DNA from: Clostridiales bacterium
Lineage (GTDB): Bacteria > Bacillota > Clostridia > Saccharofermentanales > Saccharofermentanaceae
Length of the DNA: 64,000 bases
Reading direction: 5' to 3'
NCBI GenBank assembly: GCA_017561715.1
Contig: JAFZBN010000011.1
Location: 18,294-82,293, forward strand
Shown piece after piece: positions 36,713-44,717 of the stretch; the stretch's first letter is position 1; each line of letters starts with the position of its first letter. Below the pieces are notes generated by a model. It had not been told where the DNA came from. It searched no databases and saw only the letters and a program-made list of their open reading frames with translations. A program made the translations under genes and the position numbers.

Positions 36713-36824
36713 GTCTCTGCAAATGTCCCTGTAGAAGCGCCTTTCAGGGACTTTTACAGGGATTTTTCCGAAAGTCTATAAAAAAGTCCCTGTAGGGCTG
36801 GTCTACAGGGACTCATACAGGGAC
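36713..36824. repeat. Cluster of GTCCCTGTA / TACAGGGAC hairpin repeats related to the 57.2-kb tandem array
   Basis: GTCCCTGTAG occurs at 36725 and 36786. (T)ACAGGGA(C) occurs at 36745, 36755, 36803 and 36816. GTCTCTGC is at 36713. Hairpin 1 is GTCCCTG-13 nt-CAGGGAC and hairpin 2 is GTCCCTGTAG-7 nt-CTACAGGGAC. Confidence 0.7.
36780..36812 (-). terminator. Intrinsic terminator of the lipoprotein gene 36848..37939
   Basis: A 10-bp stem (36786..36795 pairing with 36803..36812) with a 7-nt loop. On the minus strand it is followed by TTTTTT (plus-strand A-run 36780..36785). Confidence 0.7.
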
Positions 36825-36847
36825 GCATCCCCGTTTTACTGTTCAGT

Positions 36848-37939
36848 TTACGACTTAGGCTCGCCCTCATCGTCCTTCTTCTGATATGCCAGAGGATCCG
36901 GAAGACCCGTCGAAGAATACGGCGTCGGCATCCATTGTTCCTGAGGCTGCGAAGGCGGCGCAAACGTTGGCTGCGTCGGCGGCGTGAACGCCGGCGGCAC
37001 AGGATCGGAAGATTCCTGCGGCAAAGATGGCTGCGGCAAAGCCGCCTGATCTAACTGTGGCTGTACCGGATCAAAGGACTGCTGCGGCTGAGGATATTGT
37101 TTCGGCTTCGGAGCATGAGCAGGAACCGTGATCGGAGCCGCAAATGATTCCTTCTTTTTCTTCTTGACGATGAAAACGATAAGTACAACAGCCCCGATAA
37201 CAAGAGCCACGCAGATCACGCTCACGACGATCAGGAGCACTACATTCATCGAAGAATCTTTGGAGCTGCTCTTCTTTGACTTCTTAGAAGCGACCGCTTC
37301 ATCCTCGTCTTCGTCATCGTCAACAACTAACGAGTCTGGAAGTCTGAATTCACAATGGATCGGTTCTTGTATCTTAGAAAGATCCCACTCCATGAGAGAT
37401 CCTTTGGACTTTGACGCATTCTGCGAGATGGGCTTCATCGGAAGCTCCAGGGTAAACTTCATGTAGCCGCCGTAAGTGGCCAGATCCCCCATGGAAGCTC
37501 CGCCGTCGGATACCATCTGGTTGACGGATTCGGTATCCCAGTCAAGTGTGTACACACCGTCATCACAAGTAAACGTAAATGATTCGAACCCTTCGCCTAA
37601 AGCCCTGACCTCGGCCTCAACCTGATCGATCGGGATAGCGCCCTTAGCAGCGATAAATCCGTTATAAGAACTCGAATCACTGCTTCCGTCGCCGGTATAG
37701 TCTCTCGTAGACCAGCCCTTGCTCTCAAAATTCTTCTTTTCAGCTTCCCATCCGTCGTACCCGTTACCATCTGAAAAATCGGACAAAGCATAAAGATATG
37801 TCAGATTTACCGTGCCGTCCGAATTGACCGTGCACCCGACCGAATAGCGGACACATCCTGCAAGTGCAAGGAGCATGGCAAGTACCAGAAATACCGCCAC
37901 ACACTTTTTGATTGAAAGCAGAGTATCTTTTCTCCCCAT
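36848..37939 (-). CDS. Lipoprotein with an additional C-terminal TM segment and a Pro/Gln-rich cytoplasmic tail (LppM/DUF3153-like architecture, tentative)
   Basis: Signal peptide with lipobox LAGC, an ectodomain of about 200 aa, a TM segment (VVLLIVVSVICVALVIGAVVLIVFIV), a KKKKK stop-transfer, then a 110-aa P/Q-rich tail. Paralogous to 38046..39050. RBS AGGAGG upstream. Confidence 0.65.
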   Translation of the reverse strand: MGRKDTLLSIKKCVAVFLVLAMLLALAGCVRYSVGCTVNSDGTVNLTYLYALSDFSDGNGYDGWEAEKKNFESKGWSTRDYTGDGSSDSSSYNGFIAAKGAIPIDQVEAEVRALGEGFESFTFTCDDGVYTLDWDTESVNQMVSDGGASMGDLATYGGYMKFTLELPMKPISQNASKSKGSLMEWDLSKIQEPIHCEFRLPDSLVVDDDEDEDEAVASKKSKKSSSKDSSMNVVLLIVVSVICVALVIGAVVLIVFIVKKKKKESFAAPITVPAHAPKPKQYPQPQQSFDPVQPQLDQAALPQPSLPQESSDPVPPAFTPPTQPTFAPPSQPQEQWMPTPYSSTGLPDPLAYQKKDDEGEPKS

Positions 37940-38045
37940 ATGACCCCTCCTTTACTTTGCTGCCGTTCCTCTTTCCTTATTGTTTGAAAAAAGGGGCCGC
38001 CTCATCGGCAGCCCCCCCTTGTTAATCCTTTTTCAATCCGAAAGA

Positions 38046-39050
38046 TCAAACTGTCGGATCAGCCGGTGTGTTGTCGACCGGAGCTGCAGGAGCTTCAGGA
38101 GCTGCCGGAGCAACAGGAGCCTGCGGAACTTCCGGAACTGCCGGAGCCGGTGCAACAGGAGCAACCGGAGCCTGCGGTACGACCGGAGCCTGAGGAGCAA
38201 CCGGAGCCTGCGGGAATGCCGGAGCCTGCGGAGCTACAGGAGCCTGAGGAGCTGCCGGAGCCTGCGGGAATGCCGGTGCCTGCGGGAAACCTGTCGGCTG
38301 AGCAAATCCCTGATCAACCGGAGCCTGCGGGAATGTCGGAGCAACCGGAGCCGGTGCCGGAGCATTCTTCTTCTTCTTGCTGATGAGAACGATAGCTACA
38401 ACAACTGCTGCAACTACGAGAATACCAACGATGATACCGATGATAAGACCCCACGGAATGCTGCTGGACTTGGAAAGATCAAATTCGCAGTAGATGGACT
38501 CGTCGAGATCCATAAGATCCCACTCGAGTGTGTTGCCCTTCTTGCTTGTAGCGTTGTCATCGATCGCCTTGCCCGGGAGTTCGAGAACGAACTTCATGTA
38601 GCCGTCATACTGATCAAGAGTATCGGTAGAGATACCGGAACCGGAAGCCTCAGATGACGTATCGGAAGCATCCCATTCGAGTGTGTAAACACCGTCATCC
38701 TCTTCAAGAGAGAAATCAGAAACTTCGAAACCTTCTGACAATACATCTTCGAGTTCATCAAGAGGGATATCAAGAACAGTAGCTGTAAAACCTACAAAAC
38801 CATCCTCGTCATACTCATCGATCTCATAATCATAATCCAGATCCTCGAACGCTTCTTCGATCTTTTCCTGAGAATCATCCATGCCTGTAGCATAGTCTTC
38901 CATGATCGCATACACGAATGTGATATCCGCAGTACCGTCAGAGCTGATCTTCGCTGTCATGCTGTAACGCATGCATCCTGTGAAGCAGACGATGATAGCG
39001 AAAACGAGCATAAGCGCAGAGAACTTCTTAAACTTTGTTCTTTTTTCCAT
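38046..39050 (-). CDS. Lipoprotein paralog with a C-terminal TM segment and a (A/V/F)PQAP(A/V) repeat tail
   Basis: Start at the ATG at 39050 (MEKRTKFKKFSALMLVFAIIVCFTGC, lipobox FTGC) with GGAGG upstream. It has the same ectodomain, TM segment and KKKK layout as 36848..37939, and shares motifs such as GCxRYS, SSDGT, YGGYMKF and LEWDL. Confidence 0.65.
   Translation of the reverse strand: MEKRTKFKKFSALMLVFAIIVCFTGCMRYSMTAKISSDGTADITFVYAIMEDYATGMDDSQEKIEEAFEDLDYDYEIDEYDEDGFVGFTATVLDIPLDELEDVLSEGFEVSDFSLEEDDGVYTLEWDASDTSSEASGSGISTDTLDQYDGYMKFVLELPGKAIDDNATSKKGNTLEWDLMDLDESIYCEFDLSKSSSIPWGLIIGIIVGILVVAAVVVAIVLISKKKKNAPAPAPVAPTFPQAPVDQGFAQPTGFPQAPAFPQAPAAPQAPVAPQAPAFPQAPVAPQAPVVPQAPVAPVAPAPAVPEVPQAPVAPAAPEAPAAPVDNTPADPTV
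38148..38291 (-). repeat. Coding 18-nt (hexapeptide) tandem repeat, about eight copies
   Basis: The protein tail reads GFPQAP AFPQAP AAPQAP VAPQAP AFPQAP VAPQAP VVPQAP VAPVAP. The DNA shows reiterated GGAGCCTGCGG/GGAGCAACCGGAGC units. Confidence 0.7.
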
Positions 39051-39203
39051 ATTGCCCTCCAATTGCGCATAGCGCATTTATTAATTGTAAATACATTATG
39101 ATTTTATAATGAAAGTACGAAAATATCAACAACCCTACTCTTCGGAGTTAGCATTTGTTTTTCCGTATTTTTCGAAGGATACGGCGTTTTAATTCGGAAT
39201 ATG

Positions 39204-39230
39204 AAAAAGAGCCCGTTCAAACGGACTCTT
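39204..39230 (-). terminator. Terminator downstream of tRNA-Pro
   Basis: Stem GAGCCCG (39209..39215) pairs with CGGACTC (39222..39228) with one mismatch. On the minus strand it is followed by a T-run (plus-strand A-run 39204..39208). Confidence 0.55.
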
Positions 39231-39233
39231 TTC

Positions 39234-39309
39234 TGGTCGAGGTGACAGGGTTCGAACCTGCGACCCCATGCTCCCAAAGCACGTACGCTACCAACTGCGC
39301 TACACCTCG
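39234..39309 (-). tRNA. tRNA-Pro (anticodon UGG), CCA encoded
   Basis: Minus-strand fold by hand: acceptor CGAGGTG/CACCTCG; D arm GCGC-AGTTGGTA-GCGT; anticodon stem CGTGC/GCATG with loop TTTGGGA (UGG, G37); variable loop GGGTC; T arm GCAGG-TTCGAAC-CCTGT; discriminator A; CCA. Total 76 nt. Confidence 0.9.
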
Positions 39310-39327
39310 AAAAATGCACACTCGACA

Positions 39328-39355
39328 ATTATATCATGCTTCAAATGAAAAGCAA
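39328..39355 (-). promoter_or_regulatory. Candidate promoter of tRNA-Pro (TTGCTT, 16 nt, TGaTATAAT)
   Basis: On the minus strand the -35 box TTGCTT is at 39350..39355 and the extended -10 TGATATAAT has its hexamer at 39328..39333. It lies about 19 nt upstream of the mature tRNA 5' end. Confidence 0.6.
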
Positions 39356-39370
39356 GTAGTGATGCGCCTT

Positions 39371-40894
39371 TTACGAAAAGAACCTTATCTTCTTCTCTGT
39401 CATCTCATCTACTTTGGCGATGTACTGGATCGGATCCTTGATGCACGGGCATCGCTCGACACGAACGTGCAGCGCGTCGTCGGATCCGAAGAAGACTCGC
39501 TTGCTCATGCCGCCCGCGCCAAAGGACAGTACGGATCTCTGGTCGCTCATCATGGCGACGTTATATACGCACTCTGTGCCGTCTTTACTGTAACCGACAT
39601 TCTCATGCCCGCCCAGCGTGTCCTTCTGCTTATACATATAGTAAGGATTATATCCGGAAGAAAGAAGATTCTCCGACGCAAACGAAAGCATCTTCTCGAT
39701 TCTCTCGAGTTCCTCTTTTTCCTGCTTGACGATCTCTTCTCGAGAAAGCGACGCGCGGCGCTTCTTCGAAAGAGAATGCACGGTGATGTTTTCCGGGCTA
39801 AGCTTGATGATCCTCGTAAGCGAATCGCAGAACTCTTCAGTTGTCTCACCCGGAAGCCCCGCGATCAGGTCGGTGTTGATGATCGAAAAGCCCATTTTCC
39901 TTGCCATTTCAAATGCTGCTTCAAAGTCCTCTGCCGTGTGTTTTCTTCCGACGCGCGCAAGTGTTCTGTCACAGAGCGTCTGCGGATTGATGCAGATCCT
40001 CTTTACCCCTGCGTCAAGAAGCACCTGCAGCTTCTTTTCCGTGATGGTGTCCGGACGTCCCGCCTCGACACAGATCTCCTTAAGGGCGCTAAATTCCTTA
40101 TGCGAGAAAACGCCCTTGATGAACTTCTCGAAAAGCGCCTCCGACAGAACTGTCGGTGTTCCGCCTCCGATATAGAGCGTCTCGATCTTTCCTTCGATTC
40201 TCGGCAGTACCATATCCATCTCGGAAAGAACCGCATCGACGTACTGCGGCAGAAGCGCCGTTTTCCGGGGCGCTTCCTGCGCGACAAAAGAACAATACGC
40301 GCAGCGGCTCGGGCAGAACGGGATCCCGATATAGACATGAAGTGAATCCTTATCGGTTCCGGAAAGCACGAGGTCTTCCCTGTCGCGGGTAAGAAATGCC
40401 AGATGCGCCTTATCTTTTCGAACGTCGTAGATATTCGTCATTTCCTCTTCAGAAGTCAGTTCTCTTGCAACCTGTGTCGGACGAATACCAGTCAGAGATC
40501 CCCACGGAAAAGCTCTTCCCGACAATCGCGAAAGCAGGAAATACAGTTGTCTTTTTACCTCACGGTTTGGAGGAAGAAACATGTCTTCCTTATCGATAAA
40601 GATGCGCCAGGGGTCTTCTCCCGGCGCTCCCTTTTCCGTATAAGTCTCGACCCGGTCCTCCGAGATGCTGCTGACCAGAATGAGGTCCGAAGAAGACGGA
40701 TCGATTGAAGAAGCCATCGCGCCGGCATCACAGACAACGCAAATTTCTTCCTGACGCGGGATCTCTCCCGTAAAAAGACGCAGGATATCGCTGATCGGAT
40801 AGAAGAACTCATGGCCGACGCATCTGACGATGATCTTCGGGCTCTTTTCTTCCTCACCCGAGTGCTTTTCGATTGTTACTTCCTTATTTTTCAT
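39371..40894 (-). CDS. hemZ: HemN/HemZ-family radical SAM protein (oxygen-independent coproporphyrinogen dehydrogenase-like)
   Basis: 507 aa. The radical SAM motif is IGIPFCPSRCAYCSF. The N-terminal extension of about 190 aa and the overall length are typical of the HemZ subgroup. The function in a likely heme-free anaerobe is uncertain. Confidence 0.7.
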   Translation of the reverse strand: MKNKEVTIEKHSGEEEKSPKIIVRCVGHEFFYPISDILRLFTGEIPRQEEICVVCDAGAMASSIDPSSSDLILVSSISEDRVETYTEKGAPGEDPWRIFIDKEDMFLPPNREVKRQLYFLLSRLSGRAFPWGSLTGIRPTQVARELTSEEEMTNIYDVRKDKAHLAFLTRDREDLVLSGTDKDSLHVYIGIPFCPSRCAYCSFVAQEAPRKTALLPQYVDAVLSEMDMVLPRIEGKIETLYIGGGTPTVLSEALFEKFIKGVFSHKEFSALKEICVEAGRPDTITEKKLQVLLDAGVKRICINPQTLCDRTLARVGRKHTAEDFEAAFEMARKMGFSIINTDLIAGLPGETTEEFCDSLTRIIKLSPENITVHSLSKKRRASLSREEIVKQEKEELERIEKMLSFASENLLSSGYNPYYMYKQKDTLGGHENVGYSKDGTECVYNVAMMSDQRSVLSFGAGGMSKRVFFGSDDALHVRVERCPCIKDPIQYIAKVDEMTEKKIRFFS

Positions 40895-42036
40895 CAGCTT
40901 CTGCCCTTCACATAGGTGAAATAGTAATCGGCCACAGTGGAGGTCGGCATGTTATAGCTCTTCACGCCGTCCTTCTGCTGATTGGCCTTAAGATAAGCAT
41001 CGTTCGTGGCATCGGAGATCTCCTCGACGATCTTCGGCGGTTCGATCGAATCCCAGTATGCGTGGATCGCATCGGTGTCAACGAAATATCCTTCGAGCAG
41101 ATACTGGGTCTGCATAAATTCCACATATCCCTCACGGTCATTTCCAAACGCGGTCCACAGATCGTCCCAGATCAGATCGAATGCCTCTCGGAATCCGGCA
41201 TATCGAAGCTGCGGGCAGTCGCTGTTCAGGCAGACCAGAAGCGCCGCCAGGTTCGCGTCGTTTTCGACCGCGTAACCGTGCAGGTGACTTAGCTCATGAC
41301 ATGCGTTATAAAACTGGCTGACGAGCGGAATATCCGTATTTACATTTGCCTCGGCAAAGAAAGGAAAATACATGCCGACAATATCCGTATAAGACCAGTA
41401 GTGCGAAAGCGATACAAACTTCGGGCGCGCCGAGTTTCCCTTGATCATGGGGAAATCCTTCGCGGATTCTTCGTAGAGGTCTTCTACATCGTTCAGAAAA
41501 GCTACCGTTCCGCCGGGATATGTGGCCACTCCGTTTTCATCTTCCTCGCATGCGGCCCTCGATTCGTTAAGACCGTTGACGACCCAGATGAATACCTCTT
41601 TCAGTTCTTCGACCGTATACTTTCTTTGACCGAAACCGAGTTCATCGTCAAGCGAATATCTCGTGTAGTTTAAGCCGTGAAGCAGCATGAACCAAAGATA
41701 AATACCGAACATCGCCCATGCCAGAACTCTTCCTACGTTGAAAAAGTACTTCTTGCCGCGCTTTTCCTTAACGGCTCTTACTATACGGATCACAAGCCAC
41801 GCGATCAGGATCGGTGAGGAAAGAACAAGCGTCACGACAAAGACTTCCGTCAAAGAGATCGGAAACAGATTCGATATCTTGGCGGGAAGAAACGAAAAGA
41901 CGAGGAACGGTCCTTTTGCATAGGCTTCGCCGACCGAAGGAAACTTGGTAAGGAGCATCTGGAGCACATAAAGAAATACGATCAGGACGACCGGAAGAAT
42001 AATGCCGAAGATCCACCGTTTCCACGAGGGCTTCAT
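40894..42036 (-). CDS. DUF3810-family membrane protein with an HExxH-like motif
   Basis: Start at the ATG at 42036 (MKPSWKRWIFGIILPVVLIVF), overlapping the upstream stop as ATGA. N-terminal TM segments are followed by ACHELSHLHGY, a metallopeptidase-like HExxH. Confidence 0.7.
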   Translation of the reverse strand: MKPSWKRWIFGIILPVVLIVFLYVLQMLLTKFPSVGEAYAKGPFLVFSFLPAKISNLFPISLTEVFVVTLVLSSPILIAWLVIRIVRAVKEKRGKKYFFNVGRVLAWAMFGIYLWFMLLHGLNYTRYSLDDELGFGQRKYTVEELKEVFIWVVNGLNESRAACEEDENGVATYPGGTVAFLNDVEDLYEESAKDFPMIKGNSARPKFVSLSHYWSYTDIVGMYFPFFAEANVNTDIPLVSQFYNACHELSHLHGYAVENDANLAALLVCLNSDCPQLRYAGFREAFDLIWDDLWTAFGNDREGYVEFMQTQYLLEGYFVDTDAIHAYWDSIEPPKIVEEISDATNDAYLKANQQKDGVKSYNMPTSTVADYYFTYVKGRS

Positions 42037-42845
42037 TTGAGTACCCCCACATACCTGAGAAGGTAAAGGATACCCAGCACGATCGGCTGATGCAGGATAT
42101 AGACCAGAAGCGAATTTCTGCCGATCCATTCAAAAGGCCCGGAGACCGCGTGAACGGCTTTCGGCGCGTTCGGGAAAAGTGTCTCCTTGTTCTTATAGAT
42201 GTGACGTCCGATCAAGACACCTAAGAAGAATACGCCGACCCAAGGGATCAGACCGATCTCATCGCCGACATTCCACGCGGCGTCCGGATGCGGCTCGATT
42301 CCGAGGATCGAGACCCATCCCTGACTGAATTTGTAGTGATAGTAATGAAGACCGTTAAGAAGCCAGAAAAAGACCATGACGATCAAAAACAAAACAGCGT
42401 CACCATTTCGACTCGTTCTTTCACCTGTCTTCTTCTGCTCGACATGGTCAAAGACCGCAAACAGGAATGTCGATACGCAAAGAAGATGCAGGACATTGAA
42501 ATAGATCGAGCATCCGAGATCGAGGAAGTGGTCGGCCGTGATCGTGACGACAGTAAAGCCGAGAGATACGATCAGAAGCTTCAGCGCGCGCTTGAAATTG
42601 TTTCTCGAGAACTGGCAGCAGATGCCGGAGATCATGACAAATACAAAGATGAAAAACGGGTGCAGGAACGCCCAGAACCAGTCGCATTCCGCGCCGATAA
42701 AGGAAAAGACATCGTATTTGAATACAAATCTCAGATCGTACGCGAAATGATGAAGGATCATCATGAAGATCGCGAAGCCGCGAAGAAGATCCAGTTCAAA
42801 TGCGCGTTTATTCGCCTTTGCGCCGATTTCCTTTTCCCGAGTCAT
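42033..42845 (-). CDS. DUF1624 / heparan-alpha-glucosaminide N-acetyltransferase-like membrane acyltransferase
   Basis: The N-terminal FELDLLRGFAIFMMILHH is the DUF1624 signature. About 8 TM segments. Confidence 0.75.
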   Translation of the reverse strand: MTREKEIGAKANKRAFELDLLRGFAIFMMILHHFAYDLRFVFKYDVFSFIGAECDWFWAFLHPFFIFVFVMISGICCQFSRNNFKRALKLLIVSLGFTVVTITADHFLDLGCSIYFNVLHLLCVSTFLFAVFDHVEQKKTGERTSRNGDAVLFLIVMVFFWLLNGLHYYHYKFSQGWVSILGIEPHPDAAWNVGDEIGLIPWVGVFFLGVLIGRHIYKNKETLFPNAPKAVHAVSGPFEWIGRNSLLVYILHQPIVLGILYLLRYVGVLK

Positions 42846-42854
42846 AGATCAGCC

Positions 42855-43673
42855 TTAGACTTCTTCTGCAATTGCCGCGCCGATCGCCGTCGCGAATTCG
42901 GACATCTGGGGCACGATGAAGTTGAGATTATAAAGTTCGGAGAATGCCTTATAGATCGTCGCGCACATCGGTGCTTTTGTCGCCTGACCGGTAAATACGA
43001 CATCCTTAAGACCGGCGTTCCTTGCGGAAAGCACCGCCATGGTACCGATCGACTGGAATACGACATTGAAAAGACCGTATGCGATATCTGCCTTACTTGC
43101 GTCGTCCTGCATCTTACCGAAGTTCGAAGCGGTCGTATCCATCGTAAGACCCGGGATCGCGGCATGAGAGATATCGCCGATCGTCAGGTCGACGTGGTTG
43201 AGGTTACCGCCCTGCGCCAGTTCCGCGATCATGTCGAAATCACGCATGTTCAGCGCGCAGTTGGAAAGACCGACCAATGTACCTCCGCCGACACCGGAAC
43301 CGATGATATGACGGACTTCCTTTTTCGAAGCTTCGACAAAAGCCGTACCTGTTCCCATACTGACAACAACGGCATGGTCAAGTCCGGAAAGGAAAAGACC
43401 GCCTTGTCCCGTCGCGAAGAATTCCTGGATACGTACTGTCGGGATGCCCAGGAGGTTTCCTGTCGGGAAAGACGCTCCGACTCCCGTGATCTTCAGTTTT
43501 TCAATATCGGAGATCTTCAGCTCATAAGAGTCCATGAGCTTTCCGAGCGCGCCGAAAGCAGAAGTGACCGGATCGTCTGCCTTGACGATCTTATTGCCGA
43601 TGATCTTGTCACCGTCCATGCCTACTACTTTCGTGGTACTTCCGCCTACATCCAGTCCGACGATGATGCCCAT
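42855..43673 (-). CDS. coaW: Type II pantothenate kinase
   Basis: 272 aa. GLDVGGSTTKVV is the ASKHA phosphate-1 motif. ITGVGA, VSMGTGTA, GSGVGGGTLVGL and DLTIGDI...TTASNFGK align with the staphylococcal type II PanK pattern. RBS AAGGAG upstream. Confidence 0.75.
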   Translation of the reverse strand: MGIIVGLDVGGSTTKVVGMDGDKIIGNKIVKADDPVTSAFGALGKLMDSYELKISDIEKLKITGVGASFPTGNLLGIPTVRIQEFFATGQGGLFLSGLDHAVVVSMGTGTAFVEASKKEVRHIIGSGVGGGTLVGLSNCALNMRDFDMIAELAQGGNLNHVDLTIGDISHAAIPGLTMDTTASNFGKMQDDASKADIAYGLFNVVFQSIGTMAVLSARNAGLKDVVFTGQATKAPMCATIYKAFSELYNLNFIVPQMSEFATAIGAAIAEEV

Positions 43674-43688
43674 ACTGATTCTCCTTCT

Positions 43689-44702
43689 TTATCTTGTCGT
43701 GATCTCTGCCGCGTATTTGTCACCTAAGTGATATACCGGCCGTGATCCGTCTTCGCCGCCGTCCTTTGTGATTGGAAGGCGGTAGACCTTGTTATCTGAC
43801 GTGATGACGTCGACATATGTCTTGTCATCTGTTCTGCACCAGTAGAAAGTGGAGCCGCCCGTGATCGTTGTGGCCTCACCTTTCAGGTTCGTGCACGAAA
43901 TATCCATATTCGTGTTATAAAGGTACGAAGTCCTCTCAACGTTTCTGTCCGAAAAGAAATACTCTGTCTGCGCCTTGAGGAAATCCGTTTCACTCGTGAT
44001 GTCGTAAGTTCTATATAACTTATGCTCACCGTAAACACAATCGTAGATCGAGAACTGCACGGCGCCCGCGTTGGAAACGGCGGAGATCGCGCCTCTTACG
44101 ACAGAAGCCTGGATCCTCGTTCCGTCATAGCGGACGACCAGCGTCTGGTATTCATCCCAGTTGTCACGCATCATCTCGAAGCATACTTCCGAATAAGGAT
44201 CGTTCTTATCCAGATCGAGCGTATACCCGCGGAACATGCCCTTGCAGGCCTTTGCTCCGTATTGTTCCATATACGAAAAGCACTTTTCGGGAACGACATA
44301 GTCCATAAGGTTTCCGCCGTCGTTGACAAGAACATAGAGTGATTCACTGTGGTCATCCAGCTCGATGCTCATAGATTCAAGTGCTCCGTCACCGTCAAAG
44401 TCGAGATCGCACTCGGCACGGTATGCCGTGTAGTAAAGCCCGTCATCCGTCATCGCGGATTCCTCTCTCATACCCAGCATACCCGGTGTCTCATGGAACA
44501 GCTGCATCTTATCTTCTTCGAGATCACCGACGGCAGATGCCGCGTCCGAATTACTCTTCTGCGTAACTTGCGCAGTCGTCGCGTCCGTATCCGGAGCCAC
44601 TTTGGCTTCGAACGGATTTACGAACACCAGGATCAGAACGATCGCTAAGACCGCGACGATATCGATGATCACAAAGCCGATTATGAATTTACTGTTTCGC
44701 AT
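43689..44702 (-). CDS. Membrane-anchored hypothetical protein
   Basis: 337 aa. N-terminal TM segment (FIIGFVIIDIVAVLAIVLILVFV), then a soluble domain. No family recognised. Confidence 0.6.
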   Translation of the reverse strand: MRNSKFIIGFVIIDIVAVLAIVLILVFVNPFEAKVAPDTDATTAQVTQKSNSDAASAVGDLEEDKMQLFHETPGMLGMREESAMTDDGLYYTAYRAECDLDFDGDGALESMSIELDDHSESLYVLVNDGGNLMDYVVPEKCFSYMEQYGAKACKGMFRGYTLDLDKNDPYSEVCFEMMRDNWDEYQTLVVRYDGTRIQASVVRGAISAVSNAGAVQFSIYDCVYGEHKLYRTYDITSETDFLKAQTEYFFSDRNVERTSYLYNTNMDISCTNLKGEATTITGGSTFYWCRTDDKTYVDVITSDNKVYRLPITKDGGEDGSRPVYHLGDKYAAEITTR

Positions 44703-44717
44703 GTACGTGCTTACCTG

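Noticed and set aside
37980-38657. The Arg/Ser-rich 225-aa ORF and the PEPE-rich ORF 38066..38383 on the plus strand.
   Set aside because: They are alternative-frame or antisense readings of the 18-nt proline-repeat region of the lipoprotein gene. They have repetitive composition and no start context.
44274-44289. The palindrome CGAAAAGCACTTTTCG inside the 43689..44702 CDS as an independent regulatory site.
   Set aside because: It lies mid-gene and is compatible with the coding frame (PEKCFSY). It is recorded under the 10-mer finding rather than as a separate feature.
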